From the NCBI GenBank assembly GCA_951804945.1, contig OX638158.1, positions 31,062,001-31,126,000 on the forward strand: DNA of 64,000 nucleotides, in the 5' to 3' direction. Of the stretch, positions 62,200 through 64,000 are shown one piece after another. Position 1 is the stretch's first letter, and every line of letters starts with the position of its first letter. The notes beneath the pieces were generated by a model. The model saw only the letters and a program-made list of their open reading frames with translations. It was not told the DNA's origin and did not search any database. The position numbers were made by a program, and so were the translations under genes. Origin of the DNA: Podarcis cretensis (Eukaryota).

Positions 62200-64000
62200 A
62201 GTAAGACAGGATGGCAAATGTTAACTTTGTAAAGAAATAAGGAACTCAGAACTGGATGTTTTCCCCTGGGATGGTAGGTAGTTGTCATAATTTAGGCTGG
62301 AATGTCCAAAGAGGCCTAAGAGATTTATGCACAGCTGAGCTCCCAGTGGGATTTGGGAACTTTTCTTCTACACGTTTCCTAGCTGGCATCTGAGACCATT
62401 AAGGCAAATTGGTGCACTTGGCCATGTTTTTCAGTAATACAGAATTTCACTTGGAGGTTATGGTGACTGCAACCTTTCTTTTTTCTTATGCAGTAATAAT
62501 GTAAGAATTCAAAACCTGTCAAATGAACCGCTATCAAAGGATGTTAAAGGTTTTTTATTCTCCATAGTTAAAGTTGCTTTAATAAATCTATTAGTTTGTC
62601 TGCAGTCTTCTTATCTATCTTGATTGCCCCTGCTGATCCCTGATAGTCTAGCAGATGCATTTATACTTATCTAGTCTTTCTTCTTCGACACTTAAATTAT
62701 ATTTACTTCCTTTTGTATATCCCGCCCCCACAGACTTTTTCGAAGTGATCAGTTCAAAGTGTGCCCTGTCACATTTTAGCCAGCAACTGGTTTAAAGGTA
62801 ATAGTATGATATCCAGTCCACACATAATGGGGTGTTTTGTGGGGTGGTGGTGGGGGACTAGGTTTTATGAATGACTAGGTTTTATGACTAGGTTTTATGA
62901 ATCCATAGTCCCTTTTGAGATCTTGTGCTGGTTTTTATTCTTTTGCCTCACATGTATTTGTTGAACTATAAACCAATCATTATTTGGAAATGCCCTTAGT
63001 CTGTCTAACTCCCATAACACACTTTGGCTGTGTTCAGATGTGGGGTTTGTTGTGTTAGATTTACTGGTTAGATTTACTAGGCGTCTTTAGCTGTAGCATG
63101 ACTGGTTCAGCTGCACTGCAGGGCACGCCACAAGAATGCTGTAGAATGGAATGTGAGGGGCAAGCAGGTGCCGAATTTTAGTGCCACACAGGTTGCCGCT
63201 GAAATCTGAGAGCCCAAAGTCTACCACTGATATAATCCTAGTGCTTTTGTCCCAATTTCTAATGTTCCTTTTACACTGCAGTGCCTGTTGCATTATGCAA
63301 CTGTGGCCTTGTGATCAATATACCCCCATGTCATGCTCAATTTTAAATGGTGGGAAAGAACTGCATGACAGGATACTGCACCAAATTTTGTATTGTGAAA
63401 TTATAGTACAAAACTCATTTTTTCCTGAGTTAATAAGGTTGCAAACAGATTTTTTAATGGAAACAACATGGAAATGAGCACTAGCCTTTTACGTCATGTG
63501 AACGATCACATAAAATGTAGAGGTTATCAGGCAAGGAAATGTCAGGAAAATGGAATAAAGTGCTGCCTGAATGCATTGTTTCTCTGGACAAATGCAGCAG
63601 CACAGGGAACCTGTAGCCCTCCATATGTTACTGAATCACAGCTCCCATCATTCCTGATCTTGGGCCATGCTGGTTGGGGCTGATGGAAGTTGGCGTCCAA
63701 CAACGTCCACAAGGTTGCAGGATCCCCCTTCCTGTGCTCTCCTGTGACAAATGTTCACTAGCGGGTTCTTTTTTCCTATTCGTTGCCCTGCCACAAAGAG
63801 AGCAGATGGTAACAGCAAGGAAGCGAAGTGCAAATCACTGTCAAACTACAAAGATTAATTACTCTGTTGTCAATGTGTAGTACAGTAATAGCAAACACAT
63901 AATAATAGGAAATTACTAGCTTGCATCATTCATGGAAAAAACAAAACCAGGTTTACTGGAGTCTGGTTCCAGAGAAAGCTGTTATAATGTAATTTGGCCC

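Noticed and set aside
1-64000. Prokaryotic-type systems (operons, defence islands) and the remaining short ORFs
   Set aside because: Vertebrate intronic DNA; 60-170-aa ORFs, many with non-ATG starts, lack recognisable homology and are expected by chance

Overview
This is eukaryotic, not prokaryotic, DNA: a repeat-rich squamate window, most likely a lacertid lizard (Podarcis/Lacerta-type Sauria SINEs, Squam3, Bov-B, CR1, L2, L1). I can support only one protein-coding exon: the first coding exon of the T-type calcium channel gene CACNA1I (Cav3.3) on the + strand (exon 25745-26055, ATG at 25766). It ends in a minor-spliceosome (U12) AT-AC donor, ATATCCTTT at 26056. I did not find the next exon (WFECVSMLVILLNC...) in the remaining ~38 kb, so the rest of the window is probably intronic. 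Almost all other ORFs in the track are chance ORFs or transposon fragments. The most unusual structure lies just inside the U12 intron: a complete major-spliceosome cassette made of a long pyrimidine tract with UCUC/UGC motifs, a CAG acceptor, 12 nt AGCACCTGACAG and a GTAAGA donor. It looks like a neural microexon, recursive splice site or twintron/NMD switch nested in a minor intron. Other points of interest are an overlapping uORF whose stop overlaps a second in-frame Met, a spaced RE1-like site, SINEs with different tRNA heads sharing one CR1 tail, a solo LTR, and many elements with intact target-site duplications. Family names come from my recall of consensus sequences, not from database searches.
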